Shown: positions 34,711-48,119, counted from the first letter of the whole stretch. The stretch is 63,204 bases of DNA, filler included, from Octopus bimaculoides (GCF_001194135.2; 7 parts of 7 records of this genome joined end to end with filler, not necessarily neighbours in it), one strand, 5' to 3'. The notes: a model not told the origin generated them from the letters alone. Numbers and translations: made by a program.

Positions 34711-35414
34711 GTAGTGGTGGTGGTGGTGGTGATGCTGAGAATGATGATGATGGAGAAGATAAAGATGATGATCATGATCATGATCATGATCATGATGATG
34801 GTGGTGATAATGCTGAGGATGATGATGATGATGATGATGCTGGTGACAACGACGATGATGATGATGATGAGGATGATAATGATGAAGATGATGGTGGTGA
34901 TGGTCATGATGGAGGAGCTGATGATGATGATGATGATGATGATGCTGATGGTGTGGCTTAAAGAAACGAAAAAAGGACACCTTGACAAATACAACACCAA
35001 CCACACAAGAGTACACTGTTCCCCAAACGAAAGCCAGGATAGTCACGGTTGGAAAAACCTCGATCGTTCATCACTCAATCAGAACCAACTTAATGCTAAA
35101 CAACTACAGGAGAACTTCCTTCCACCGTACCATACTGATTACAGACCAACGCAGCACCCGCCTAGCTACAGGGAGTCAAACACTCCCCCACCCCCTTCTG
35201 TCTTCATAAGCCGGTTATTTAGCCTATGGGATGATATATGGAACATTGTTTACACAATCAAAATCGAAAATTGTCTTTTTTTTTTTAAGTATTTATTTTT
35301 CATTATTATGCATTTTGGAAAGTAGCAATTACATAGAGAAAGGGAAAACAGACAAAACAGACTTGGATAAAACCATTGTGATAAATGCAAGATAACATGT
35401 ATACATACATACAT

Positions 35415-35465
<51 letters not shown>

Positions 35466-36280
35466 NNNNNNNNNNNNNNNNNNNNNNNNNNNNNNNNNNN
35501 NNNNNNNNNNNNNNNNNNNNNNNNNNNNNNNNNNNNNNNNNNNNNNNNNNNNNNNNNNNNNNNNNNNNNNNNNNNNNNNNNNNNNNNNNNNNNNNNNNNN
35601 NNNNNNNNNNNNNNNNNNNNNNNNNNNNNNNNNNNNNNNNNNNNNNNNNNNNNNNNNNNNNNNNNNNNNNNNNNNNNNNNNNNNNNNNNNNNNNNNNNNN
35701 NNNNNNNNNNNNNNNNNNNNNNNNNNNNNNNNNNNNNNNNNNNNNNNNNNNNNNNNNNNNNNNNNNNNNNNNNNNNNNNNNNNNNNNNNNNNNNNNNNNN
35801 NNNNNNNNNNNNNNNNNNNNNNNNNNNNNNNNNNNNNNNNNNNNNNNNNNNNNNNNNNNNNNNNNNNNNNNNNNNNNNNNNNNNNNNNNNNNNNNNNNNN
35901 NNNNNNNNNNNNNNNNNNNNNNNNNNNNNNNNNNNNNNNNNNNNNNNNNNNNNNNNNNNNNNNNNNNNNNNNNNNNNNNNNNNNNNNNNNNNNNNNNNNN
36001 NNNNNNNNNNNNNNNNNNNNNNNNNNNNNNNNNNNNNNNNNNNNNNNNNNNNNNNNNNNNNNNNNNNNNNNNNNNNNNNNNNNNNNNNNNNNNNNNNNNN
36101 NNNNNNNNNNNNNNNNNNNNNNNNNNNNNNNNNNNNNNNNNNNNNNNNNNNNNNNNNNNNNNNNNNNNNNNNNNNNNNNNNNNNNNNNNNNNNNNNNNNN
36201 NNNNNNNNNNNNNNNNNNNNNNNNNNNNNNNNNNNNNNNNNNNNNNNNNNNNNNNNNNNNNNNNNNNNNNNNNNNNNNNN

Positions 36281-36356
<76 letters not shown>

Positions 36357-36762
36357 TGTGTGTACATGTGCATTTATGTATTTAAATATATATATATACA
36401 TACACACACAGATACACACACACACACACATTTATATATATATATGTGCATCTTTATATATATCTCACACAAAGACATGTATATGTATGCATGTATGCAT
36501 ATACATGGGCAAATATGTACATTATCTATGTAAATAAATATAAATAATATAAATCTACATGTAAGTATGTCTGTATATTAGGCATGTATATATGTATGCA
36601 ATATATATTTACATATTATATATATCTATCTATCTATCTATATATATATATATGTGTGTGTGCATGTGTTTGAATCTATATGTACGTATGTATGAACGTA
36701 AGTACACTTGTATGTAAGTATGTTTGTACACATGTAGGTATGCATGCATGTATAAATATGTG

Positions 36763-36821
<59 letters not shown>

Positions 36822-36921
36822 NNNNNNNNNNNNNNNNNNNNNNNNNNNNNNNNNNNNNNNNNNNNTTAATTAATTAANNNNNNNNNNNNNNNNNNNNNNN
36901 NNNNNNNNNNNNNNNNNNNNN

Positions 36922-37110
36922 ATCGTTAGCACACTGGAGAAAAATGCTTAGCGGCATTTTGTCCGTCTCTGCGTTCTGAGTTCAAATTCCGCTGAGGTCG
37001 TCTTTGTCAATACTTTTAAGGTCAATAAAATAAGTACCAGCTGAAAACTGGGGTCGATGTAATCGATCAAACTCCGAAACTGTTGGCCTTGTGCCAAAAT
37101 TTGAAACCAA
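36922..37110 (+). mobile_element. SINE family A, tail type 2 (5' end cut by spacer)
   Basis: ATCGTTAGCACACTGGAGAAAAATGCTTAGCGGCATTT...GGCCTTGTGCCAAAATTTGAAACCAA. Confidence 0.8.
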
Positions 37111-37269
37111 TCTACGAAACGGATACAAAATACTGAGACCATGAAATAATATTTTTTGTACAATTGATGAAAAAAATAAATGACCAACACGATATGCATC
37201 AACACATCGTTGAAGAACCTATATTTTTAGCGAATGAAAAGTAAATCTAATGCAACTGCCTTCTTTACC

Positions 37270-38430
37270 TACACACGAGCATGAATACATAAATGTCACA
37301 GCATACTATTTTTTCTAAATATTTTATGTTCCGACTTAATATTTTTCTCAAGACATTAAATGCCATAAGATATTTTTCTAAAACTCATAAATGTCCACAA
37401 TATACTGTTTTTCTAAAGATACCAATCTAAAAAGTACCATTTTTTATTGATATATATAAATTTCCTGATATTCGAGGTTCCTAAAGGCGACAAGATATTC
37501 TATCTTTCTTTTGGCATCATAATATAACATTGTTTAAGACACGTTTTAATGTAAAGTCACAATATTGCATCGTTTTAAGGGCGTCGTAGCATGTTAATTT
37601 TCTAACACAATATTCCATTATTGTTATGGACGTCACAGTTTGCTATTTCTTTAGAGACTTCATAATACTTCATTGTTTTAAGGACGTCATTGTTTACAGA
37701 CGTTACAATATGAGTACAGACGTTACAATAAGCCATTGATTTTTAGGACGTCATAGTTTGTTGCTTTGCATCACAGCGTGACAGCGTTTCAAGGATTTAC
37801 GGATTGTTGTTACCTAAAGATATCATAATATAACATCATATTTATGAGAGTCACAGCTTGATATTTTTTTAAATATCACAATTAACCATTGTATTTCAGG
37901 GAGTCACAGCATGTTTTCAAAAAACATCAAAATGTACCATCATTTTTAAGGACGTCACAGCATGTTATATTCCTAAAGATATCACAATACCATTATTTCT
38001 AAGGACATCACAGCATGTTGTTCATCGTTTCGAGCGCCCTTAAACTCCAATGTTTAAGGGCGCTACAGTATGTCATTAATTGTTTAGGACAACAGTTTTC
38101 TTTTTTATGTCATTACCAAATATCTTCGTTTTAAGGATGTCGAGATATGATTGTTATTGTTTAAAGATGTCATAACATATTATATTTAAGAACATCAAAA
38201 CTTGCTATATTTCAAGCGATATCACATCATACCATTATATTTAAAGGGTTACATCTTGTTTTTCTGCAGATATTACAATATATCATTATATTACCGTAAC
38301 CAAGACGTCAAACATAATCGTAACATACCATTTTTTTCTAAAATAACCATCACAGCACCTTTCTCAAAAACCACACATCACTTTTATTTAAAAACGTAAC
38401 AAAATGTCATTTTTCTGAAGACATATTTAC
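37270..38430. repeat. Degenerate minisatellite of ~26-28-bp monomers arranged as ~52-bp dimers
   Basis: Alternating GACGTCACAGCATGTT...AAAG and ATATCACAATA.ACCAT..TTTTAAG units; TCACAGCATGTT recurs near 37903, 37954 and 38007. Confidence 0.75.
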
Positions 38431-38523
38431 ATGTTAGAACATGTTTACTACTCCCATCCCAATATAAAAAAGAAAAAATGTATCATGTATTGTGAATTTC
38501 GTTACGAGGCCATTCATAGCCAA

Positions 38524-38554
<31 letters not shown>

Positions 38555-38742
38555 TACACACACGCACATACACACACGCANNNNNNNNNNCACACACACA
38601 CATACATACACACACGCACATACACACACGCACGGCATCCCTACTCAGGCCTTTTGTGCAGGTGTGGAACATCGACGGATGAAGTAGAACGTAAACGTCA
38701 TCGATAAATATACGTACGTGCATGCATACATACATACATACA

Positions 38743-38783
<41 letters not shown>

Positions 38784-41254
38784 AAATATATACGTACATA
38801 CATACATATANNNNNNNNNNNNNNNNNNNNNNNNNNNNNNNNNNNNNNNNNNNNNNNNNNNNNNNNNNNNNNNNNNNNNNNNNNNNNNNNNNNNNNNNNN
38901 NNNNNNNNNNNNNNNNNNNNNNNNNNNNNNNNNNNNNNNNNNNNNNNNNNNNNNNNNNNNNNNNNNNNNNNNNNNNNNNNNNNNNNNNNNNNNNNNNNNN
39001 NNNNNNNNNNNNNNNNNNNNNNNNNNNNNNNNNNNNNNNNNNNNNNNNNNNNNNNNNNNNNNNNNNNNNNNNNNNNNNNNNNNNNNNNNNNNNNNNNNNN
39101 NNNNNNNNNNNNNNNNNNNNNNNNNNNNNNNNNNNNNNNNNNNNNNNNNNNNNNNNNNNNNNNNNNNNNNNNNNNNNNNNNNNNNNNNNNNNNNNNNNNN
39201 NNNNNNNNNNNNNNNNNNNNNNNNNNNNNNNNNNNNNNNNNNNNNNNNNNNNNNNNNNNNNNNNNNNNNNNNNNNNNNNNNNNNNNNNNNNNNNNNNNNN
39301 NNNNNNNNNNNNNNNNNNNNNNNNNNNNNNNNNNNNNNNNNNNNNNNNNNNNNNNNNNNNNNNNNNNNNNNNNNNNNNNNNNNNNNNNNNNNNNNNNNNN
39401 NNNNNNNNNNNNNNNNNNNNNNNNNNNNNNNNNNNNNNNNNNNATATATATGTATGTATGTATGTATATATGTATGTATGTATGTATGTAACCCCCACGC
39501 ACATACAAATATGAAAAATAGAATAATTGCATATATTTGGTCTCCTGGAATGAACAGTTAGGTCAATATGTTATTTTTTAATATCTAACTTTTCCCTGAT
39601 GATATTTTTTGTGATAACTTATGAATACAAATTTAATGCATAAATTTGTAATTTATCGAACGAGAATAAATGGAAACAGCTGTAAGAAGAAATGATTATC
39701 AATTTATTAATAAATAAATATTAACCACTATCCTTCCATTTTCTTGGAGAGTTTTAATAGATAAAATTCACTCTATCAATATATTGTCAGAATTCCTTGT
39801 AACCTACAATTTTTTTCCATAGTTAACTCAATCAATCACACGTTAATAATTTAAAAATTAAAAATTGCATTTTGAAATAGTGAGTTTAATATTTCCTCAG
39901 GGTGAGAATTAGACAAATAAATGCTTGGGTGATGGTCGACAGACTCAACATGACAGTAAAGCTAGTGCGTGCGTATGCATGTTAATCTATTTATAATTGT
40001 TATATATTTATACCTTTTGTTTCTATTTATTTGAGTGTGTATGTATGATTGGGAGTTGAATTTATTTGTGCGTGTGCGCGTTAAAAGTTTTTTTTTTTAA
40101 ATACTGTTGCCTGCGCATCATCTTTTCTTTATAATTTGCGTGTATATTTATGTTAATATGTTTGATCACGTGATAGAATTGAAAACTCCAAACTGCAGTG
40201 TAATAATTTATTGAACTGTAATATTCATTAAACTCCGTAATATGCTTAATTGGAGCCTATGGTATTGGTGTTTAAACAATAAACACCAATACTGTTAAGT
40301 TATTCTGGACGCTTGAATTTTTACATCGATATATAAGATTAAACCGGTGAAGCTTAGATGTTAACATCCCTTTTTAGAGGTATCCGTATACTCAAAATAT
40401 GTGTGTGTAAGAGTGTGTGTTTTTTTTGTGTGTGTGTGTAGATAAAAAAGGAAAAGAGAGATTTCAATTGATGTAACAATCGTTTCAGTAAATGTAGTAG
40501 GACTGAACCCAGAACCACATAGTTTACAAAACGAGACGGCCACGATTAGCTTGCCCTTCATCATCGTCCACGATGATTCTCTTATGAACTTTCAAGTAGG
40601 CTGAGAAAGATCTACAACCAAATATTTTTTAGGTAACAGTGAAAAACGTGCTTGTTCTTGCGTGCGCTGCTCAATAAACTATTGCCCACTTAAACTCTAG
40701 AATTTGATGTCTCAGAGACCAAATATTCCAGTTATAAATTAGAATTTATATCAGTTATGAAAAATACAAAATTTAGAATACAGAAATGCAACGTTAAGTA
40801 GCAATAGAAATACAATATTACATACACTTGAAAATGTCTCGATATTTCTTCTTTTCTATATATTCACAAGAATTTTTGTTGTGATTAAACACTAGACTGA
40901 GTTAATTAACGATTCGGTACGCTGTATGCTATTTAAGTTAGCAATTAAATATTATCTCAACCTGTCTTTAGGCACAATGTCTTTTCGTCTATAACATCTG
41001 TCAAATTTTCGTGATTTGTAAAGTGCAATATTTAACCCGCCGGAATATTTTCTTTGTACGTTGATTTTTTTTTTATCATTGAGACTCTGAAAATAATTCA
41101 ACCGCTTTTAATTAATAACTAATCAGGAAGCTTGTGGCATATACACCATTGGTTNNNNNNNNNNNNNNNNNNNNNNNNNNNNNNNNNNNNNNNNNNNNTT
41201 AATTAATTAANNNNNNNNNNNNNNNNNNNNNNNNNNNNNNNNNNNNNNNNNNNN

Positions 41255-41313
<59 letters not shown>

Positions 41314-42641
41314 AGAGAGACACACACACACACATACATGTATATATGTATTTAATTTCGAATTAAAAGCAGGTATAATGATGTAAACATTGATGTGCTT
41401 TGTTTATAGGCCAATATATCATATACATATGATATATGTATATGGTATACGCTCACTATTTGAAAGTATGAACATACTTAAATCGCCGATTTCGCCCGGT
41501 CTCCTCCATTCTCTGCAATAAATTTGGCCTTGAGCCAACATAATACAAATTATTAATATTATATATTAGCACTGCCACGTCACCGAAGATTTGGTTCTTG
41601 GATTCGCTTGTGCCACATTCCTTGAAATAAATTGTTTAATTACCTTCCAGTCACCTTTTTTTCTTCGATTAGTTTAGATCTTGTAGAATACAATCAAAGT
41701 TGATCGGTTGGTGAGTCGTTTGAGAGGCTAGTTAGTCGGTCGTTTAATTACCTTGGGATTTTTTTGTTGTTATTTCAATATCATTGTTTGTTATTGTTAC
41801 TAATGAGTAAATATTTGTCTTTGTAAACCATTCTTTTTATTTTTTGACTGAGTCAAAAGAAGATTGCACCTGTGGCTTCTGAGGGAGGGATGGAGTAGAC
41901 GACAATGTGTGTGTGTGCGTGCGTAATTTAAAGCGAGTTAAGGTATATCAATAGTCAAAAGAGAACGCACGTTTTACGGGTGCGAAGAAATAAACCGGTC
42001 TGTTTATAAATCGTACAGGTCTTAGCAATTGCAGAGAATAGAGATAGGCCTCCGTTGGCCCGAAGTGGTTTCTATTAATGTTCCTCTTGCACAACTGGAC
42101 AAATTACCACGACCATATTAAGGATGATGAATACGAGAATAGTTTTTAAGTTACACAAAGGTATGAAAGACTAGACAGAAAATAATACCTGCTTCTGTCT
42201 TTCTATTCCGTTCCGATTTAAACTTCTTACTCCGCTTTCTTTCTATCTTTCTTTCTTTCTTTCTGCCACTCTCTCTCTCTTTCGCTATTTCTCTCCCTCT
42301 CTCTATTCTTATGTAATTTCTACCCTCTCTTTCTGTTTCATTTTCTCTCTCTCTCTCTCATTCACTTCCACTTTCTCTGTGTCAGTGTCTGTCTGTTTGT
42401 CTATCTGTCTGCCGTCAGTCTGAGCTCTGGCTATCTCACATTCCCCCCTCTCTCTCTCTCTCTCTCACTTCCACCTGCTCTTTCTTTCCCTCTGACCCTC
42501 CCTCATTTTCCCTTTCTCTCTCTTCCTATTCTTCTTTTGTTCTTTATGTTTATCAATAAATGCAGCAGGATGATGGTTGAACACGTGATGCAACACTAGT
42601 GGGAAGAAGTGGGTTGGTGACTGCTGCAATAATACTCAAGT

Positions 42642-42681
<40 letters not shown>

Positions 42682-43249
42682 GGTGGTGGTGGTGGTGGTG
42701 GTAATAGCGGTATTTAACATTAGTACTAGTATTGGAGGAAGTGGTGCTGATGGTGTTGTACAGTAGTAGTAGTAGTAGTAGTAGTAGTAATAGTAGTAGT
42801 AGTAGCGGCAGCAGCAGCTGTTGTAGTAGTGGTTGTTGTTATTGCTGCTGTTATTTAACCCCAGGCTAACCATGATCGATCCGAGCCAACCTACATTCCA
42901 GCCATGACCAACGATCCGATTTTTATATTTTCTTGATGCATCATCTAATATGAAACTTCCCTTTCTCTAAGACAGCATAGGTTTGACTGCTGTTTTTTGA
43001 AGTTCAAACGACCACGTAGGAGTAGATAGGAAGAAGTATTGAAAGCAGGTAGAGGGCAAGATCAATAAGCCAAGGGGTTAAATACTTAACAGTATCTAAT
43101 TCTGTATCCCATTACAGGTACTTTTAGGTTATCTCACCCCCATTAAAAAATTGGGTTATCTCCCCCCGTTTTATGAGAAATATCGGTACCTTTAGTTATC
43201 TCCCTTAACTAACCCTCAATAACCCCCCCCCCCCAAATGAATTAATAAG

Positions 43250-43368
43250 CCCGAGGAACCTGCACAAAGTAGATGTAAGCAATTTTAAATCAAAGCTGGA
43301 CCTCTTCCTGTCGAGAGTCCCAGATGAATCTACCTCACGGCAAGAGGTGCAAATGAGGGTAGCTACAT
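43250..43368 (+). mobile_element. CR1-like LINE 3' ORF fragment
   Basis: RNLHKVDVSNFKSKLDLFLSRVPDESTSRQEVQMR, homologous to 24010-24150. Confidence 0.6.
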
Positions 43369-43959
43369 NNNNNNNNNNNNNNNNNNNNNNNNNNNNNNNN
43401 NNNNNNNNNNNNNNNNNNNNNNNNNNNNNNNNNNNNNNNNNNNNNNNNNNNNNNNNNNNNNNNNNNNNNNNNNNNNNNNNNNNNNNNNNNNNNNNNNNNN
43501 NNNNNNNNNNNNNNNNNNNNNNNNNNNNNNNNNNNNNNNNNNNNNNNNNNNNNNNNNNNNNNNNNNNNNNNNNNNNNNNNNNNNNNNNNNNNNNNNNNNN
43601 NNNNNNNNNNNNNNNNNNNNNNNNNNNNNNNNNNNNNNNNNNNNNNNNNNNNNNNNNNNNNNNNNNNNNNNNNNNNNNNNNNNNNNNNNNNNNNNNNNNN
43701 NNNNNNNNNNNNNNNNNNNNNNNNNNNNNNNNNNNNNNNNNNNNNNNNNNNNNNNNNNNNNNNNNNNNNNNNNNNNNNNNNNNNNNNNNNNNNNNNNNNN
43801 NNNNNNNNNNNNNNNNNNNNNNNNNNNNNNNNNNNNNNNNNNNNNNNNNNNNNNNNNNNNNNNNNNNNNNNNNNNNNNNNNNNNNNNNNNNNNNNNNNNN
43901 NNNNNNNNNNNNNNNNNNNNNNNNNNNNNNNNNNNNNNNNNNNNNNNNNNNNNNNNNNC

Positions 43960-44068
43960 TTTGGTCGGCCCGAGGCTATAGTAGAAGACACTTTCCCAAG
44001 GTGCCATGCAATGGGACTGAACCCGGAACCTTGTGGTTGGTAAGCAAGCTCCTTACCACACAGCCACA
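43960..44068 (-). mobile_element. 5' part of SINE family B
   Basis: Reverse complement of GTGGCTGTGTGGTAAGGAGCTTGCTTACCAACCACAAGGTTCCGGGTTCAGTCCCATTGCATGGCACCTTGGGAAAGTGTCTTC. Confidence 0.85.
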
Positions 44069-44069
44069 A

Positions 44070-45566
44070 CATTTTTATAACAATCATACCATGCCTATTG
44101 AGGAAGCCAAAAGTCAACAATGTGTTGAAGTATTGAATCAAAAGGATCTAACACTTTTAATCCAATCTCGTCGCGACATAAACTCAAGGTTGATCGATGG
44201 AAATTGAACCAAGAAACGAAAAACGTCAATGAAATTCTGAAATACATCAGAACAAACAACATCACAGAAACAAATAATTTGACCAAAGTAGCAAGTATTG
44301 TTGTAGCAGAAAATGTGGGTGTCGATGTCAATAAAATGAAACATAATGGGAGTGACAAAAGAAAAGATCTATGGTCGAAAAAAAGAATCCGGGCAGGGTT
44401 AGACATGCTCTCGAAGGAAATTTCTGTTAGACGGAAAAGAGAAAGGAGAGCTTAAAAGCGAACAAAAATACAGGGCGCTGAAAAGGAAGTATAATATTGA
44501 AAGAAAGGGCCTGAAAGTAGTAGTGGAGGAACTGAAACAGCGCCTCGTTGCAAAGAAAGCAAAGAAAGCAAAGATGGTAAGATACGACAAAAGAATGAAG
44601 GGTTACCACAAGAATAGATTATTCAGAGTAGATCTGAAGAGATTCTGTAAAGAAATAAACGGAGACTGTACAGATGAAAAGTTGATACCAGATAACAATG
44701 AAAGTCAAAGATTTTGGAGTGACATCTGGAGCAAAAACAAGGAGCACGAGAAGGATGCTGAATGGTTGCAAGAAATGAAGCAAACAGCAGTCTGTCCAAA
44801 ACAGGCGGAACTAGTCATTTCAGTTAGGGAAGTGAAGGAAATCAACAAAAAAACGAGCAACTGGACCAGATGGAGTTCAAGGCTACTGGATCAAAAGATT
44901 TGGAGAATGTCATGCATGAATAGCTGCGCAACTCAACACCTTGTTAAATGCCAACCAAGTAATACTAGAGTGGTTGACATTGGGTAGGACAGTGCTGTGC
45001 CTGAAAAAACATCGAAAAAGGCAATACGGTAGACAATTACAGGCCGATATCCTGTTTGCCACTTATGTGGAAGTTACTGACTGGAATACTCGCAGAGTCA
45101 ATGTACGAACATCTGGGGAAAAATGGAGTTGCAAGCGTAAGTGCAGAGGTACCAAGGATCAACTCCTGGTAGACAAAACTGTACTGAGAGACTGCAAGAG
45201 GAGGAAAAGTAACTTAGCCATGTTATGGATCGACTATCGTAAGGCGTACGATTTGATCTCACATTCTTGGGTTATGGAGTGTAAGAACCTGTTTGGGATT
45301 GCATCGAATGTTGAGCGATTGCTTGGTAAAAGTATGGCGAATTGGAGGGCGGACCTGACAGTATACGGAAGAAGTTTAGGGACAGTAGAAATTAGGAGGG
45401 GCATCTTCCAAAGGGACTGCCTGTCCCCACTGATCTTTGTACTGTGCTTGATACCACTAACACTGATTCTGAGGAAAGCAAAAGCTGGGTATGTATTCAA
45501 AAGCCGCCAACAAAAAGTCAACCATTTGTTATTCATGGATGACTTCAATCTTTATGGTAGAGAGAT
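44070..45566 (+). mobile_element. R4/Dong-like non-LTR retrotransposon reverse transcriptase (frameshifted pseudogene, truncated)
   Basis: Consecutive ORFs give ELKQRLVAK..K..RY..R....[70 protein letters not shown] and HLLFMDD; several frameshifts. Confidence 0.85.
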
Positions 45567-45959
45567 TTACTCTTTTACTCTTTTACTTGTTTCAGTCATT
45601 TGACTGCGGCCATGCTGGGGCACCGCCTTTAGTCGAGCAAATCAACCCCAGGACTTATTCTTCGTAAGCCCAGTACTTATTCTATCGGTCTCTTTTGCCG
45701 AACCGCTAAGTGACGGGGACATAAACACACCAGCATCGGTTGTCAAGCAATGCTAGGGGGACGAACACAGAAACACAAATACACANNNNNNNNNNTATAT
45801 ACGACGGGCTTCTTTCAGTTTCCGTCTACCAAATCCACTCACAAGGCTTTAATCGGCCCGAGGCTATAGTAGAAGACACTTGCCCAAGATACCACGCAGT
45901 GGGACTGAACCCGGAACCATGTGGTTGGTAAGCAAGCTACTTACCACACAGCCACTCCT
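45567..45959 (-). mobile_element. Full-length SINE family B inserted just after the RT catalytic motif
   Basis: Head AGGAGTGGCTGTGTGGTAAGTAGCTTGC at 45959 and tail GAAACAAGTAAAAGAGTAAAAGAGTAA at 45567. Confidence 0.9.
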
Positions 45960-47885
45960 AGCGAAGGCGGGGGGGGGGGGAAACGATATAAATATTAGGA
46001 TGAATTGTGGAGTGGGTCAGCCGATTAGAAGAGGCAATTAGCAGAAAGTAATAAAATACATCGTCAGCTATGTAATGGTGAACATGAAGGTTGCAATATC
46101 TGAGCTAAGGGACACGAGGGGACAAAACTGTGTTTGTTGTTGCAGGTAACAGAGGTTCAACGCGGAAAGCAGTCAAAATCCGGTTTTTGAAGGATCACGA
46201 AGGGTGCGCGCTATTCATTTTCCATTTCATTGACTACCTCGACTATTACTACGAGAGGCTGAATAATGTGAAAAGCAAATAACTACGATATACGAAATGC
46301 TAGGTGGTTGTGCAAGGGAGAAATTGCCGGATTTAGAGTGTCTGGTTTACAAGTTTATATTTATAAACCATAATTACCTTGGCATACGTTTATCTCAATT
46401 AGCAATATTCCCCCGATTGTAGAACTTAAGAATCTAAGGTTAACGAGAAGAGCCTAGCACTCGTCTAACGTATCGCCGATAGCGCCAAAATCTACTGAAT
46501 TCTTGGACACCCTGTCCCAAAAACCTTCACTTTATGCAATGTAACGTAGAAGAGTTTGGTAATAACTATGGTTTCGCTAGTAATTTGATCAACTTATGTC
46601 AATCTAAAGATTTTGACACTACGGAGTACATGTTGGTTGCAGCCGAATTCGGAGGTTGGATCACTTCCATGTTCAGCGGCATCTGCTCGAAGGTCAAATT
46701 AAATGGACACCATTCAGAACTGTTTTGATTCATACGTTGAGTCTGTCAATGGCGTCTACTCTCAACTCTCTTCTATATTTGACTTCTGAGTTATCGCCGT
46801 AGAAGCAAAAATGTGATGGTCATCCCGCTCGAATGAGGACACAGGAGAGACATACGTGGTCGGCATCATTGATCATGGAGCTGATCACACAGGAAAACAA
46901 GGTGGTAGGAATCATAAGGAAGGAATATCAAAGAGTATCATATACAAGCATTAACAAGAACAAGTTAGAGACCTTGCAACTCAGTACCGCTCAAGTGAGC
47001 CATACTGGCCAGCAGCGATAGGGTCGACTATCGATGAGTCGACGGTCCTATTAAGGTTCATGTGGTATGATTCACTCCGGGTCTCCAAGTAGATAGGAAC
47101 TGGTACGAGGTTTCAAACATGGTGGCAAGTCTCACTGTGAAACGAGCTGAAAGTTCGGGTAGAAGTGACGAATTGCAACATCTCCATTCACTATTACTGC
47201 TTGACTGTCGCACTTTATCCTACTTCGTTTCTAACCAGATTGGAGAGTGTGTTCTTGATTTTTATGGAGGAGCTTATTCCACTGTTAAGAAAGGGAAGAG
47301 GTATTGTTGGTTCAACATAAACTCAACAGGTACAGACATACTGTCAGCTAGATCAGATGCGCATCAACCAACAAAACGATTCTTCATTTATTCATTCACT
47401 GACCGAGCATTATTGACTTGTGGTCGCGTGTAGGAAGGATTTAGCTGTTAGCCAGGTCTGTTGTTCATAGCAGGTTTGTGCTGAGAACAAAACTGAAATG
47501 ATCGAGGACAGACACATTCCTCGTCGGCCAGGTCCTCAGTAACTTCTCCAAGTTCTACTTAGAGATGAAGTCGGTGAGGAGATAGAGTGCGGTCCTTCAG
47601 CGAATTTGCTGAAATGTGGATGGGAGGGGTAAATATGGCCTGAATAAAAGGATTATTTCAGCATGTACCTGTAGGCTAGAGACCGAGGGAATCGACCGCA
47701 GGACTTATTCTTTGGAAGCCTAGTACTTATTCTATCGGTATCTCTTTTGCCGAACCGCNNNNNNNNNNNNNNNNNNNNNNNNNNNNNNNNNNNNNNNNNN
47801 NNTTAATTAATTAANNNNNNNNNNNNNNNNNNNNNNNNNNNNNNNNNNNNNNNNNNNNGAAACAAATAAAAATGAAAGAATACAT

Positions 47886-47928
<43 letters not shown>

Positions 47929-48119
47929 CGTGTGTGTAAGTCATTATCGGGTTCTTCGTAATACCACTAAAGACGAGACCCGCTGCCTGCACCCACTACA
48001 TTCTAATTTTAATTAATTAAAATTTACTTGACTTATTGTAACTTAATACTCAGCGTCCTAACGGTTTTGCCAGTTCATCACCTCATTTTATCTCTAATAT
48101 TAAAAACGTAAACGAGACA

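Larger units (their letters stand above)
33451..34770. repeat. Inverted duplication of a ~180-bp complex (CAT/CAC) microsatellite (33451-33645 vs 34595-34770)
   Basis: Non-periodic markers match as reverse complements: CACCTAGACCACCACTACAACC (33601-33622 / 34629-34650), CATAATCAGCATTATCACCAT (33577-33597 / 34654-34674) and CATTCTCAGCATCAC (33481-33495 / 34729-34743). Confidence 0.9.

Noticed and set aside
37270-38430. CRISPR-like appearance of ~28-bp repeats
   Set aside because: Units are contiguous and degenerate with no unique spacers, the context is eukaryotic, and there are no cas genes.
46500-47690. Possible RTE/Tc1 relics
   Set aside because: Only vague motif resemblance; strand, family and boundaries could not be fixed.
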